A stretch of 64,000 bases of DNA, taken from IMG/VR virus record IMGVR_UViG_3300027798_000017, positions 1 to 64,000 of that record; one strand, 5' to 3'. Under the pieces are notes generated by a model, which saw nothing but the letters and a program-made list of their open reading frames with translations, searched no databases and was not told where the DNA came from. The position numbers and the translations under genes were made by a program. Of this stretch, positions 39,291-48,657 are shown one piece after another. Numbering within the stretch: position 1 is the first letter of the stretch; the number at the start of each line of letters is the position of its first letter. This DNA comes from a virus.

Positions 39291-40808
39291 TTACGCAACA
39301 ACCTGTAGGGTAACACCTGCTTGAGCAGAAGCTAACCATGCATTCCACCAGTTTTGGAAGTTGTTTAAACTTGCCAAAGTAGCACCAGCAGCACTTGTGT
39401 ACGCAGGAACTACAACCTTAACTAGGTACTGATCGTTGTCAAACGTACCACTAGGGTTGTTTTTACGAGGAATACTATGTAGTAAATAGTATGCACTATA
39501 TTTGTTGCCACGAATGATCTCTGGTCCACCACCATTGCTGGTTCCTAGAGTAGTATCATTCATAACCTCACGCATACGTGGATCATCATACCAAGGTTCT
39601 TGTTGGTAACGTTTAGCCAGAATTAATTCACGAACTAAAGTTTCACCAAATCCTTTACCTTGTTTAGCTTCTTGAATCTCTGTAACTGTAAAACAAGAAA
39701 CAACACATGGATCACCGTTTCCAGGATTGATGTCATTTGAATTGTTTGAGTAAGCAGACATAGAAGCGTACAATAAGATAGGCTCAGTCTCAAAATGATC
39801 TTTAGGATTGAATGAACAATCACCAAATATAGTATCAACATAAGCACCAACAATATCCATACAAGAATCTACTAAAGCAGCACCAGCGCCTGTAGCAGGT
39901 ACATAAGTAGCAGTTGTAGTAGTTCTGTAGAATTTAATTGGAGTAAGAGCAGCAATAGTTGCAGGTATAATGAATGGAGTACCATTAGCATTAACCAAAG
40001 GAACAGTTGTTGAAGCAGCAACATAAGTAGAACCTACATATGCAGTGTATCCATTAACTTTAACTTTGTTACCAACTTGAATTGCAGTTAAACCAGCACC
40101 AGCAGAAACAACAGTAACTGTTGAAGCTAAAGCAACACCAGAAGCAGTTGTGCTCAACGCAGTTCTAACATAAACTACAGCTTGTACAAATTGGTTCAAG
40201 AATGGAGTAGAGTTATTACCAGAAGCAACACCATTGATTTGGTCAGCCCATTGTAGTAAAACTACAGTTGGATCAACTTTATCAGGAGTTGTTGCAGCTC
40301 CAGAATATGTACAACATCCAGTGTATGCACTAAGGATTTGGTACAAGTTGTGAGTTAAGAAACGCAATGCAGGAGAACCTTTGATGTCCAAACGTAAGTC
40401 ATACATTGTTTCACAATCAAGTCCACAATTTACTTGACAAACCTCAAGAACATCATTCACTGGATTTGCAGGATCTGTTCTGTAGAACGAACTTACAAGT
40501 TTAGGATTGATACCTTTAGATTTTACAGTTTCTTTATAACCGCCATGGAAAGGACCAAGCTTGTCATTTGTGTGGAAACTACCTTGTGCTAAGTATACTT
40601 GTGTATACTGGCCTGCACCTGTACCAAAGGTAGGAGCTACAGCAGGGTCAATAGGAACATTTGTCAAAGCATTGACAATTCCAATTTGACCTGCAATAAG
40701 CGCTATCGTAGTAGCTGGTGCTGGACTTGGAAATGGAACAGGTGTTGCTGCTCCTGCTGGGTGTGTCCCAACTAACATTTTTTGAAACGCGTGTGGAAAA
40801 TAAGACAT
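39291..40808 (-). CDS. Abundant virion structural protein (auxiliary capsid/portal-vertex type), 505 aa
   Basis: Ala/Thr/Val-rich; codon usage looks similar to the MCP; own terminator; downstream of the capsid block. Confidence 0.6.
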   Translation of the reverse strand: MSYFPHAFQKMLVGTHPAGAATPVPFPSPAPATTIALIAGQIGIVNALTNVPIDPAVAPTFGTGAGQYTQVYLAQGSFHTNDKLGPFHGGYKETVKSKGINPKLVSSFYRTDPANPVNDVLEVCQVNCGLDCETMYDLRLDIKGSPALRFLTHNLYQILSAYTGCCTYSGAATTPDKVDPTVVLLQWADQINGVASGNNSTPFLNQFVQAVVYVRTALSTTASGVALASTVTVVSAGAGLTAIQVGNKVKVNGYTAYVGSTYVAASTTVPLVNANGTPFIIPATIAALTPIKFYRTTTTATYVPATGAGAALVDSCMDIVGAYVDTIFGDCSFNPKDHFETEPILLYASMSAYSNNSNDINPGNGDPCVVSCFTVTEIQEAKQGKGFGETLVRELILAKRYQQEPWYDDPRMREVMNDTTLGTSNGGGPEIIRGNKYSAYYLLHSIPRKNNPSGTFDNDQYLVKVVVPAYTSAAGATLASLNNFQNWWNAWLASAQAGVTLQVVA

Positions 40809-40852
40809 AATAATTAAGATTTAAAAATTAAACAAAAAAAACAATTAACAAT

Positions 40853-41329
40853 TTATTTTAAAAATTTGAGTTTATACTTTGCAGAGTTTAATGTTGTCTT
40901 GACAGTGTCAAGGTCATTCACTATTTCGCTGTAAGGCATCATAGCTTGTAACTCATTAATCTCGCTCGTAAGCTCTCGTATATAAGTTAGCGCTTCTTCA
41001 GGAGAATTGCAAACTTTTTTTGAATATTCTTTTTCATGAGAACATTCTACTATTCTTTCAACAGCACCTTGGTATCCTTCAATCAATGCATCAGCATGTT
41101 CTGGAAGAGCTTCATACAACTCTTTTAAAGCTAAATGAGCTGCAAAAGATCCAAGGTCTTTTACTTTTAGATGTAACTTATGAAAGCATGTTGCTGCTGA
41201 CATTAGTTCATATCCTAATTCTGCTACCTCCTCATCAAGAGGATACTCAGAAGTATGATAACTTTCTATATCACCTGATAAACTTTCTAGTGATCTTTTT
41301 TTTAATGCGTATTTTCCTGAAAAATCCAT
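40853..41329 (-). CDS. Ferritin/Dps-like four-helix protein (DUF5856-like), 158 aa
   Basis: HKLHL...SFAAHLAL.ELYE...DALIEGYQG...YKLKFLK pattern. Confidence 0.65.
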   Translation of the reverse strand: MDFSGKYALKKRSLESLSGDIESYHTSEYPLDEEVAELGYELMSAATCFHKLHLKVKDLGSFAAHLALKELYEALPEHADALIEGYQGAVERIVECSHEKEYSKKVCNSPEEALTYIRELTSEINELQAMMPYSEIVNDLDTVKTTLNSAKYKLKFLK

Positions 41330-41340
41330 ATTATAAAATT

Positions 41341-42042
41341 TTAATCATTTATCATTTGATTTTGTTGATTGCGAGACATTTGATTAAATGACTCAATGTC
41401 ACCAGCAATCAAAGAAACTGCACCATCAATCATAAGTTCAACAACATCATCTTTAAATTCAGAAGTTATATCTGCCACAGCTGGTAATCCTGTAGTAGGA
41501 TTAATGCATCCTGCAAACTCTACTAATCTAGGTTTTCTGTAATATGTTAAGGTAGGACTAACAATATCAAACTCATTGTTTGTATATATGCGAATCTTAT
41601 TACTTTGCATAGTGCAGAATGTTTCTCCCCATTCCCAACTTGGCTTTTTAAAGTCATCAGATAATAGATTGTCAACATCAGCTGCCTCATCAAGATATAC
41701 TATAATAGATCTTGGTGGACAACAGTCTTTTTCACCTTTTACTGCAACACGTTTGAAATAAAGATAGTCTTCTGGTATAAGCTCTGTTTCATAAAACAAA
41801 TCCTTTCTACTTGCAGTAATATTAGCTGTCAAAAGAATAGGTTGAACGTCATCAATTTGCATCTTAGAAGACTCATCAAAATCAGGATGAGATGCACTTA
41901 CATGAATTTGTCTTCTAATCCACTCAAGTTGAGATTTATTAAATGCTTCAGCTATTTGCCAACATTCAATATTGTCATAGTCAAATGAAGCGATTTTATT
42001 CAAACGCTCATTAAACTTAATTCTGAGTAGATTATTGTCCAT
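41341..42042 (-). CDS. Head-tail connector/ring protein, 233 aa
   Basis: PEDYLY, DDFKKPS and LTYYRKP motifs. Confidence 0.65.
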   Translation of the reverse strand: MDNNLLRIKFNERLNKIASFDYDNIECWQIAEAFNKSQLEWIRRQIHVSASHPDFDESSKMQIDDVQPILLTANITASRKDLFYETELIPEDYLYFKRVAVKGEKDCCPPRSIIVYLDEAADVDNLLSDDFKKPSWEWGETFCTMQSNKIRIYTNNEFDIVSPTLTYYRKPRLVEFAGCINPTTGLPAVADITSEFKDDVVELMIDGAVSLIAGDIESFNQMSRNQQNQMIND

Positions 42043-43058
42043 TAGTTATTCCAGTGTTGTTCAACATTTCTTGTCAAGTTCATAAGAATCTCTTCGTTTA
42101 GAGGATTCTTCAAATACTCAGATACTTCAGCTGGTGTTTTTCCAAGCATTGCACCACTATCCATGTGATAAATGTTACCATCACCACGTGTAGCAATAAT
42201 TTTATAATAGTTAGCATCTTTCACCATAGCACGTAGTTTCAATGTTTCCATATCATACGCACTTACTTCTAAGAATCTTGATGCTGTTTTCTTTTTGTCT
42301 TTGTCAACAGTCTCACCATTAATGTATTTATCCATGTTGTCATATAAAACATCATTTGGTGTAGACTTTCTATACTCAGTAGAATTAGAGTCAATCACTT
42401 TACACACTAAGAATAACTTGTTAGCATTCTTGTCATAAAGTTTTTGAAGTTCTGCTAATGCTTTATTACGTAGTTTTTTGACTTCAGTTTTAATGCTGAT
42501 AGTTTCTTCATATCTATCCAAATAAAACTTATGCGTTACACTTGTCCTAGCTTGTTCAAGTGATTTTGCAACTAGTGAAAATCCACCTGCTTCAATAGCT
42601 TTCAACTTGATAAGATCATATGAATCAATTTTTGGATCTAAGAACACAGGATCATTACCCATTCTTAAAACAATCTTTTCCCAAAACTCAGAATTATCAG
42701 GTTTAAGTAGTTTTACTTTATTCCAAAACTCTGTGTCTTTTGGATCAATTACATTGGATGCTAATTCTCTTTCCAATTGTGCTACAATAGTTCTAATTTC
42801 TTTTACTGCTGCTTCACGTTCATCAATTGGTAACATTTTGATTTCTGGTGCAAATTCATTAAGACCTGTTACATATCTTTTAATTCCATTGAACTCAAGG
42901 CATGCTATAACTTCTTCATGTACAACTCCTTCAAATACTGCCATTTCAAATTTCTCCAATCCCATGTTAGAGATTGAAGCATTTACATAAGGTTTGATAG
43001 ACACAGTGCTTGCGCGTTTTAATGCTCTATCCTTTTCAACTAAGGTCATGTTTTCCAT
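42042..43058 (-). CDS. Conserved crAss-like capsid-block protein, 338 aa
   Basis: RYVTGL, FWNKV and LGKT...YLKNP motifs; lies in the capsid gene block. Confidence 0.6.
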   Translation of the reverse strand: MENMTLVEKDRALKRASTVSIKPYVNASISNMGLEKFEMAVFEGVVHEEVIACLEFNGIKRYVTGLNEFAPEIKMLPIDEREAAVKEIRTIVAQLERELASNVIDPKDTEFWNKVKLLKPDNSEFWEKIVLRMGNDPVFLDPKIDSYDLIKLKAIEAGGFSLVAKSLEQARTSVTHKFYLDRYEETISIKTEVKKLRNKALAELQKLYDKNANKLFLVCKVIDSNSTEYRKSTPNDVLYDNMDKYINGETVDKDKKKTASRFLEVSAYDMETLKLRAMVKDANYYKIIATRGDGNIYHMDSGAMLGKTPAEVSEYLKNPLNEEILMNLTRNVEQHWNN

Positions 43059-43098
43059 TTTGTTTTGTTTTTAGGGTTTTTCTTCTTTCTTTGTAATA

Positions 43099-43106
43099 CA
43101 AATGTA
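43099..43106 (-). promoter_or_regulatory. Bacteroidota -7 element TACATTTG
   Basis: TAnnTTTG match in the intergenic gap before the 338-aa gene. Confidence 0.4.
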
Positions 43107-43107
43107 C

Positions 43108-43983
43108 TTATTTTTTCTTAGCTTCTAATGCTTCAACTTTAGCAGAAAGATCTTGTATAGCTTTCACAAGAATAGGAATAAGTTTACCATAGCTAGCCTC
43201 AAGTTTCTCTGGATTAGATTCATAAACTAATTTTAATGTATCAGCTAACTCTGCATCCTCTTGAGATTTCTTCAAGTCTTGAGCAATAAATCCAAAGTCT
43301 TTAATGTCATGTCTTCCTTCTTCATCACGATCATCCCATACAAACTTAACAGGCTTTAATCCTTTTATAAATTCAAGACCTACAGGCAATTCTTCAATTT
43401 CTTTTTTATCTCTAGCATCAGAAAGAGATGTGATGGAAGTTTGAGCACAACGTAAAGTATTTATAGAGTTAATACCAAGAGTTATTTCATTACTTACAGC
43501 AGAAGCACTAGGACTTGCGCCATTTCCAATGCATATATTTCCTTGACCTGTTAAGCTTGGTGTATTGTTTCCAGCCTGATTACCAATAAAAGTATTAGAA
43601 AATACATTTGCTGTAAGACTAGATCCAGCTTGTTGCCCTATACAAGTATTATTGCCTCCCGTAGTAATATTATTACCACTCGTAGAGCCTATAAAAGTAT
43701 TTGCACTACCAGTAGTCAATGACTGTCCAGCTCCAGCTCCTACCGCAACTGTGGTTATACATGTTGTTGCGCTAAGCATTGTTAATCTACCAATAGCAAC
43801 ATTACTTTGACCTGTTAAAGAAGTAGCTGCTCCTGCTCCAATAATTACAGAATCAGAAGAAGAAGGAATATTACTTGAATTACCTGCGTAAACAGTATTA
43901 TTTGCTCCTTCTATATTAACTCCATTTACATTAACTATATTTGTCCCTTGAGGCAATACGTTATCTACATTAAGTGTACTCAT
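43108..43983 (-). CDS. Short fibre/spike with C-terminal Peptidase_S74 intramolecular chaperone (paralog 4)
   Basis: NTxIG repeats; TSLSDARDKK...LKPVKF.W...GFIAQDL...LVKAIQ. Confidence 0.85.
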   Translation of the reverse strand: MSTLNVDNVLPQGTNIVNVNGVNIEGANNTVYAGNSSNIPSSSDSVIIGAGAATSLTGQSNVAIGRLTMLSATTCITTVAVGAGAGQSLTTGSANTFIGSTSGNNITTGGNNTCIGQQAGSSLTANVFSNTFIGNQAGNNTPSLTGQGNICIGNGASPSASAVSNEITLGINSINTLRCAQTSITSLSDARDKKEIEELPVGLEFIKGLKPVKFVWDDRDEEGRHDIKDFGFIAQDLKKSQEDAELADTLKLVYESNPEKLEASYGKLIPILVKAIQDLSAKVEALEAKKK

Positions 43984-43984
43984 T

Positions 43985-44836
43985 TTATTTATTTTTTAGC
44001 GTTAATATTTCTTCTTTTAGAGATTTGATCTCTGTATTCATTTCTTGAATTGCTTTAACTAAGATAGGGATTAATCTACCGTAAGATGCTTCTAATTTTT
44101 CAGGATTAGACTCATAAACTAATTTCAAACTATCTGCTATACCACTTTCATCTTGACACTTTTTTAAATCTTGAGCAATAAAACCAATATCATTAATATC
44201 TCTTTTTTCTTCAATGTCTCTGTCATTCCATACAAATTTAACAGGTTTTAATGCATTAATAAATTCTAAACCAACTGGTAATTCTTTTATTTCTTTTTTG
44301 TCTCTACCATCAGATACTGCTGTAATAGTAGTTGCAGCACATCTAAGAGTTGCTACAAATGGATTTCCAAGTGTAAATTCAGAATAGGGATTACTAACAC
44401 TTGGTTGTGAATTAGCTCCTATGCAAGTAGAATTAACACCTGACACAGAATTACTCCCAGCATTCCATCCAATAAATGTATTCCCATCTTGTTGATTTTG
44501 TTGACCAGCACCAACTCCAATATAAGTATTCAAAGAACCATTAATATTTTGACTACCTGATCCAGTACCAATATAAGTATTTGCATACCCATTAATATTA
44601 CTTGTTCCTGCTGAATGACCAATAAAAGTATTACCTCCTGTTGATAAATCAGCTGCTCCTGCAAGGTTTCCAATAAACACGCATTCCTGACTTGGTCTTA
44701 ATATATTACTAGAAGTTAATTGAATAGTGTTATTTGCATTTTTTGCAATGTTAACCCCATTTACATCTACCATAGTTCCATTCAATGGATTTATTACGTC
44801 TGTGTCTATGTCTAAAACTGACAATCCTACTGGCAT
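43985..44836 (-). CDS. Short fibre/spike with Peptidase_S74 chaperone (paralog 3)
   Basis: Same architecture; VSDGRDKK...GFIAQDL. Confidence 0.85.
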   Translation of the reverse strand: MPVGLSVLDIDTDVINPLNGTMVDVNGVNIAKNANNTIQLTSSNILRPSQECVFIGNLAGAADLSTGGNTFIGHSAGTSNINGYANTYIGTGSGSQNINGSLNTYIGVGAGQQNQQDGNTFIGWNAGSNSVSGVNSTCIGANSQPSVSNPYSEFTLGNPFVATLRCAATTITAVSDGRDKKEIKELPVGLEFINALKPVKFVWNDRDIEEKRDINDIGFIAQDLKKCQDESGIADSLKLVYESNPEKLEASYGRLIPILVKAIQEMNTEIKSLKEEILTLKNK

Positions 44837-44837
44837 C

Positions 44838-45599
44838 TTATTTATTTTTTAATTGTTTAACTTCTTCTGATAGCTCTTGGATTGCTTTTACTAATACAGG
44901 TATCAATCTACCATAACTAGCTTCAAGTTTCTCTGGATTCTCTTCGTAGACAAGTTTAAGAACTTCTGCTTTTTCAGCATCTTCTTGTGCTTTCTTTAAA
45001 TCTTGTGCTATGAATCCAAAATCAGCTATATCATGTCTACCATTTTCATCTCTATCGTTCCATGTGAACTCAACTGGTCTAAGGGCTTCTACAAACTCTA
45101 AACCTGTACTTAAATCCTTAACATCTTTTTTGTCTCTAGCATCTGACAATGATGTAATAGTGGTTACAGCAGCTCTAATAACTGTATTTGCAGAATTTCC
45201 TAATGTTATTTCATTAATAGCTGTAGGTGTAGAACCTGTGCTTCCTCGACCAATAAAAATGCAGTTTTGAGATCCTGTCATTCCATATCCTGCATTTTGT
45301 CCTATAGCAGTATTATTACCAGATCCAAATCCAGTAATTGTCTGTAATGCCGCATTACCAACAGCTGTGTTATCATCTCCGCTACAATTTAATAAAGCCC
45401 TAAATCCAAAAGCTGTATTATTTAATTCAGTATTTAATGTAGAGGCAGCTAAAGCTCCATTACCAATACCTATACTAACATTATCACCTAAATTATTAGG
45501 TATTACTTTTACATTTGCTCCATTGATATTAACAGGAAAAATTGTATTTGTTGGTGATGAAACTCCATTCAAAACCTGATCTACATAAATTGTACTCAT
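44838..45599 (-). CDS. Short fibre/spike with Peptidase_S74 chaperone (paralog 2)
   Basis: Same architecture; LSDARDKK...GFIAQDL. Confidence 0.85.
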   Translation of the reverse strand: MSTIYVDQVLNGVSSPTNTIFPVNINGANVKVIPNNLGDNVSIGIGNGALAASTLNTELNNTAFGFRALLNCSGDDNTAVGNAALQTITGFGSGNNTAIGQNAGYGMTGSQNCIFIGRGSTGSTPTAINEITLGNSANTVIRAAVTTITSLSDARDKKDVKDLSTGLEFVEALRPVEFTWNDRDENGRHDIADFGFIAQDLKKAQEDAEKAEVLKLVYEENPEKLEASYGRLIPVLVKAIQELSEEVKQLKNK

Positions 45600-45600
45600 T

Positions 45601-46455
45601 TTATTTATTTTTTAATTCTTTAACTTCTGCTGATAACTCTTGAATAGCTTTAACTAAGACAGGAATCAATTTACCATAAGATGCCTCTAATTTCTCAGGA
45701 TTTTCATCATACACTAATCCTAAATAATCATCATCTAATTCTTTTAAATCTTGTGCTATAAAACCTAAGTCTTTAATATCTTTCTTAGCACCATCTCTAG
45801 TGTCCCATTCAAATGTAACAGGTTTAAGAGACTCAATTAAATCAAGGCCATAAGTAGATTCTTCAATATTTTTCTTATCTCTAGAATCAGACAAGGATGT
45901 AATGCTTGTTACAGCACAACGTAATACATTATTAGCTGCATTACCTAATGTAATAGAGTTAGCTGAATTTAATGCTGGTATAGCAGATGCAGCACCTATA
46001 CATATATTGTTACTTCCAGTAGTATCTAAATATTGATTAGCATTAGATCCAATGTATGTATTATTTTGACCTGTTGAATTAGTAGCTCCAGAATTAGTAC
46101 CAATAAAAACATTTCCCCCACCAGTACTAAGTTGATTGCCAGCTAAAGCTCCAACACAAACATTTAATGTACCTGTTGTTAATTGTTGACCTGGAAGCCT
46201 TCCTATCAAAATGTTATCAGCTCCTGTTGGTTGTCCAGTATTACCGATAGCTACTGTACCACCACCCAGAGAACCTAATACATTGTAATTAGAAATCTGA
46301 ATTATTCCATTGCTAGCTCCTCCAACTTTTATTCCTCCTACTGAAGGTAAACCTCCTGGTGAACTCATTATATCACCTGTTACATTTAACCCACTACTTA
46401 CTGTTACGTTTGCAACAGACTGAGGAGAAACTATGTCTACGTTTATTGTACTCAT
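45601..46455 (-). CDS. Short fibre/spike with Peptidase_S74 chaperone (paralog 1)
   Basis: Same architecture; LSDSRDKK...GFIAQDL. Confidence 0.85.
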   Translation of the reverse strand: MSTINVDIVSPQSVANVTVSSGLNVTGDIMSSPGGLPSVGGIKVGGASNGIIQISNYNVLGSLGGGTVAIGNTGQPTGADNILIGRLPGQQLTTGTLNVCVGALAGNQLSTGGGNVFIGTNSGATNSTGQNNTYIGSNANQYLDTTGSNNICIGAASAIPALNSANSITLGNAANNVLRCAVTSITSLSDSRDKKNIEESTYGLDLIESLKPVTFEWDTRDGAKKDIKDLGFIAQDLKELDDDYLGLVYDENPEKLEASYGKLIPVLVKAIQELSAEVKELKNK

Positions 46456-46473
46456 CTTATTTATTTTTTAAGT

Positions 46474-46839
46474 TTATACGATTGTTAAAGTTGTTCCTAC
46501 AGGGATAGTTAATGTGTATCCACTTGCTATTGCTAATGGTCCAGTATATTGGACATTTGCTCCAACAGGTAATGTAATATTTTCAGCCAATGGTCCAATT
46601 ATTCTAAATCCATTTGTGTAAATACTACCACCACTGTTTGTTCCTACAGCATAACTTAAAAAATCCTCAGTATTTATAATAGCATCTTCAAATGATATTG
46701 CATTACCATTTATTAAAGCTGTTGTTACAATGATATATGTTTCTTGTGTATTATTGATGACAGATGCAACAGCACCATTTGCTACCAATGATTCAAAATA
46801 AGTTGAATTTTCAAAATTTAATTGAGGTGTTCTTGCCAT
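46474..46839 (-). CDS. Small fibre-adaptor-like virion protein, 121 aa
   Basis: C-terminal GPLAIASGYTLTIPVGTTLTIV motif, commonly seen upstream of phage fibre genes beginning MSTxxVD. Confidence 0.55.
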   Translation of the reverse strand: MARTPQLNFENSTYFESLVANGAVASVINNTQETYIIVTTALINGNAISFEDAIINTEDFLSYAVGTNSGGSIYTNGFRIIGPLAENITLPVGANVQYTGPLAIASGYTLTIPVGTTLTIV

Positions 46840-46861
46840 GATTTTTTTTTTAAGTTATTAG

Positions 46862-46999
46862 TTTGCAACGTTAGTCAGCATTTCTGCCTAAGCTCCTGAA
46901 CCACGCCAAGGTGTTGCTTTCAAGAGAACCAAGAGATTTTACTCTCTTGGCGTTTGCTTCCATCAGATTCACATCTGATATTGAGGAGGTGGAGCGTCC
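46862..46999 (-). ncRNA. Candidate structured RNA immediately 3' of the MCP stop
   Basis: GC-richer than flanks. Stems: ATCAGAT-GTGA-ATCTGAT; CCAAGAGA/TCTCTTGG; TTAGGCA-GAAA-TGC(TGA)CTAA; long-range CTCCT/AGGAG. Confidence 0.55.
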
Positions 47000-48628
47000 T
47001 TAGAATGATCCTCCAGTCACTGGATTTCTCATAACTATCTTCAACACTTTAGTTGGATCTTTAACCCAAATAGATGGCATTGTCTGAGACATCATAACGC
47101 GATATCCATTAAAGTTTCCAGAAGACTGGAATCCTTGTGAACGTCCCATGTAGTCCATAGTACCATTTTGGTAGAACCATTTTAACTCACTGTCCCATTT
47201 CAATTTCAACAAGAAGATGTTGTCATTTGTGTTGTCAGTGATGTCAAAGATAATAAAGTTGTAAGAAGATAATGGGAAACCATCAATGATTGGGTTTTCA
47301 ATATCGTTAGTGTGAACATTGTCAAATGCTGGATTCAATACAAATTTCACATTTGCCAAGAAAGGAATTGTGTAGCTTGTAAATGCAAATCCAAAGTTCA
47401 AGTCCATTGCACTGTTACCAGAGATAGCACCAACACCTGATTGATCCATGTTGACAGTAAGACCTGTACCAAACGCTTCTCTCTTGATTTGTTGGTTGAT
47501 CATTTTCATACCTGCCATACCTGTTTGTACAATCAAGTTACGTTGTGGATCTGGTCCTTTGAACTCAACTTTACCATTGTAGAAGTTAAAGATCTCAGAG
47601 CGGAACAAGTCAAGAGTAAATCCTGATTTGTTGTAGATTCTTTTGTAAGAGTTGTCTAACTGTGCCCAAAGTCCAACAGATAATCTCATGTCATCTGGAC
47701 CATCTTGTTTAATCTTACCACCTTGACCCCACATTAAGTAAGTTTCAATATCTGTAGCAATCTTAGTCAAGTGAGCAGCTTCCATTTTTGTCAAGAAAGA
47801 ACGTGTCAATGATCCATTGTCATATGCTTTTTTGATATACTCTTTACCCATAACTGCTAACATTTGGTCAATGTTTGCGATAGATGGATCAAGATTTTTG
47901 TCAAATGTTCTCCAGATTTCAGTTACAGGAACTGAACCATCTGCATTTAAACCACCTTTCATCATCATCTCTGCACGAGAAGATACTGAATAGTGTACGT
48001 GAGCTTCAGCACCACCAACAAAGTTGTAGTACTCACGGTATCCATTTGTCAATTCACCAATGTCAGAGAATCTTTCTCCATACTCACCACGCGCAGAACC
48101 TTTTCTAAAGAATTTAGTTCCTGGTTTTAAGTACTTATGATCCAAAGATGCACTGTTGTTATTGTTAACAAGTTGAACAGTGTAGATAAATCCATCAGCA
48201 GAAGGAAGAATGTCATCAGCAACGATGTACATCTCCAAACCTTTATACTTGTCATAAGTGATTATATCACCATGACCAAATACACGTCTGTTTAGTTTGA
48301 TCTTGAAGGTAGTACCATCTTGACCAAGAATAGCAGAAGCTGATTCAATATCCTCAGTAATATAAGGAAGGTCTTGCACAATTGGAGTTTGCCACTTGTA
48401 CTCGCCACGTGGTGTGTCTACCAAAATTGTGTTCTTACCTCCAAATGAAGACATTTGGTAAAGAGGCATTTCTACTTTTTGAGACATTGCCCAAAGATCA
48501 ACAGGACCCAAATCCATAGGTTCTGCAGACTTCAGCATGTTTACTAGGTGGTATGAATCTAGGTGAGACGAAACTTTGTAGCTTGTGTCTCTCAGAAACA
48601 GACCGTTGTTTAAAACTGGTGTTGCCAT
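47000..48628 (-). CDS. Major capsid protein (crAss-like), 542 aa
   Basis: Gene order TerL-portal-scaffold-MCP; VGLWAQL, IVQTG and WVKDPTK motifs; high-expression-like codon usage. Confidence 0.85.
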   Translation of the reverse strand: MATPVLNNGLFLRDTSYKVSSHLDSYHLVNMLKSAEPMDLGPVDLWAMSQKVEMPLYQMSSFGGKNTILVDTPRGEYKWQTPIVQDLPYITEDIESASAILGQDGTTFKIKLNRRVFGHGDIITYDKYKGLEMYIVADDILPSADGFIYTVQLVNNNNSASLDHKYLKPGTKFFRKGSARGEYGERFSDIGELTNGYREYYNFVGGAEAHVHYSVSSRAEMMMKGGLNADGSVPVTEIWRTFDKNLDPSIANIDQMLAVMGKEYIKKAYDNGSLTRSFLTKMEAAHLTKIATDIETYLMWGQGGKIKQDGPDDMRLSVGLWAQLDNSYKRIYNKSGFTLDLFRSEIFNFYNGKVEFKGPDPQRNLIVQTGMAGMKMINQQIKREAFGTGLTVNMDQSGVGAISGNSAMDLNFGFAFTSYTIPFLANVKFVLNPAFDNVHTNDIENPIIDGFPLSSYNFIIFDITDNTNDNIFLLKLKWDSELKWFYQNGTMDYMGRSQGFQSSGNFNGYRVMMSQTMPSIWVKDPTKVLKIVMRNPVTGGSF

Positions 48629-48657
48629 TTTTTGTTGTATTTAGAGTTAATAAATTT

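Noticed and set aside
32614-46455. Diversity-generating retroelement acting on FISUMP or fibre genes
   Set aside because: No reverse transcriptase and no adenine-only-mismatched repeat pair was noticed in this window.
46871-46999. Read-through extension of the MCP (about 42 open codons after TAA)
   Set aside because: The stop is TAA, the extension does not join the next gene, and the open frame can be explained by the GC-richer RNA structure. It cannot be fully excluded without proteomics.
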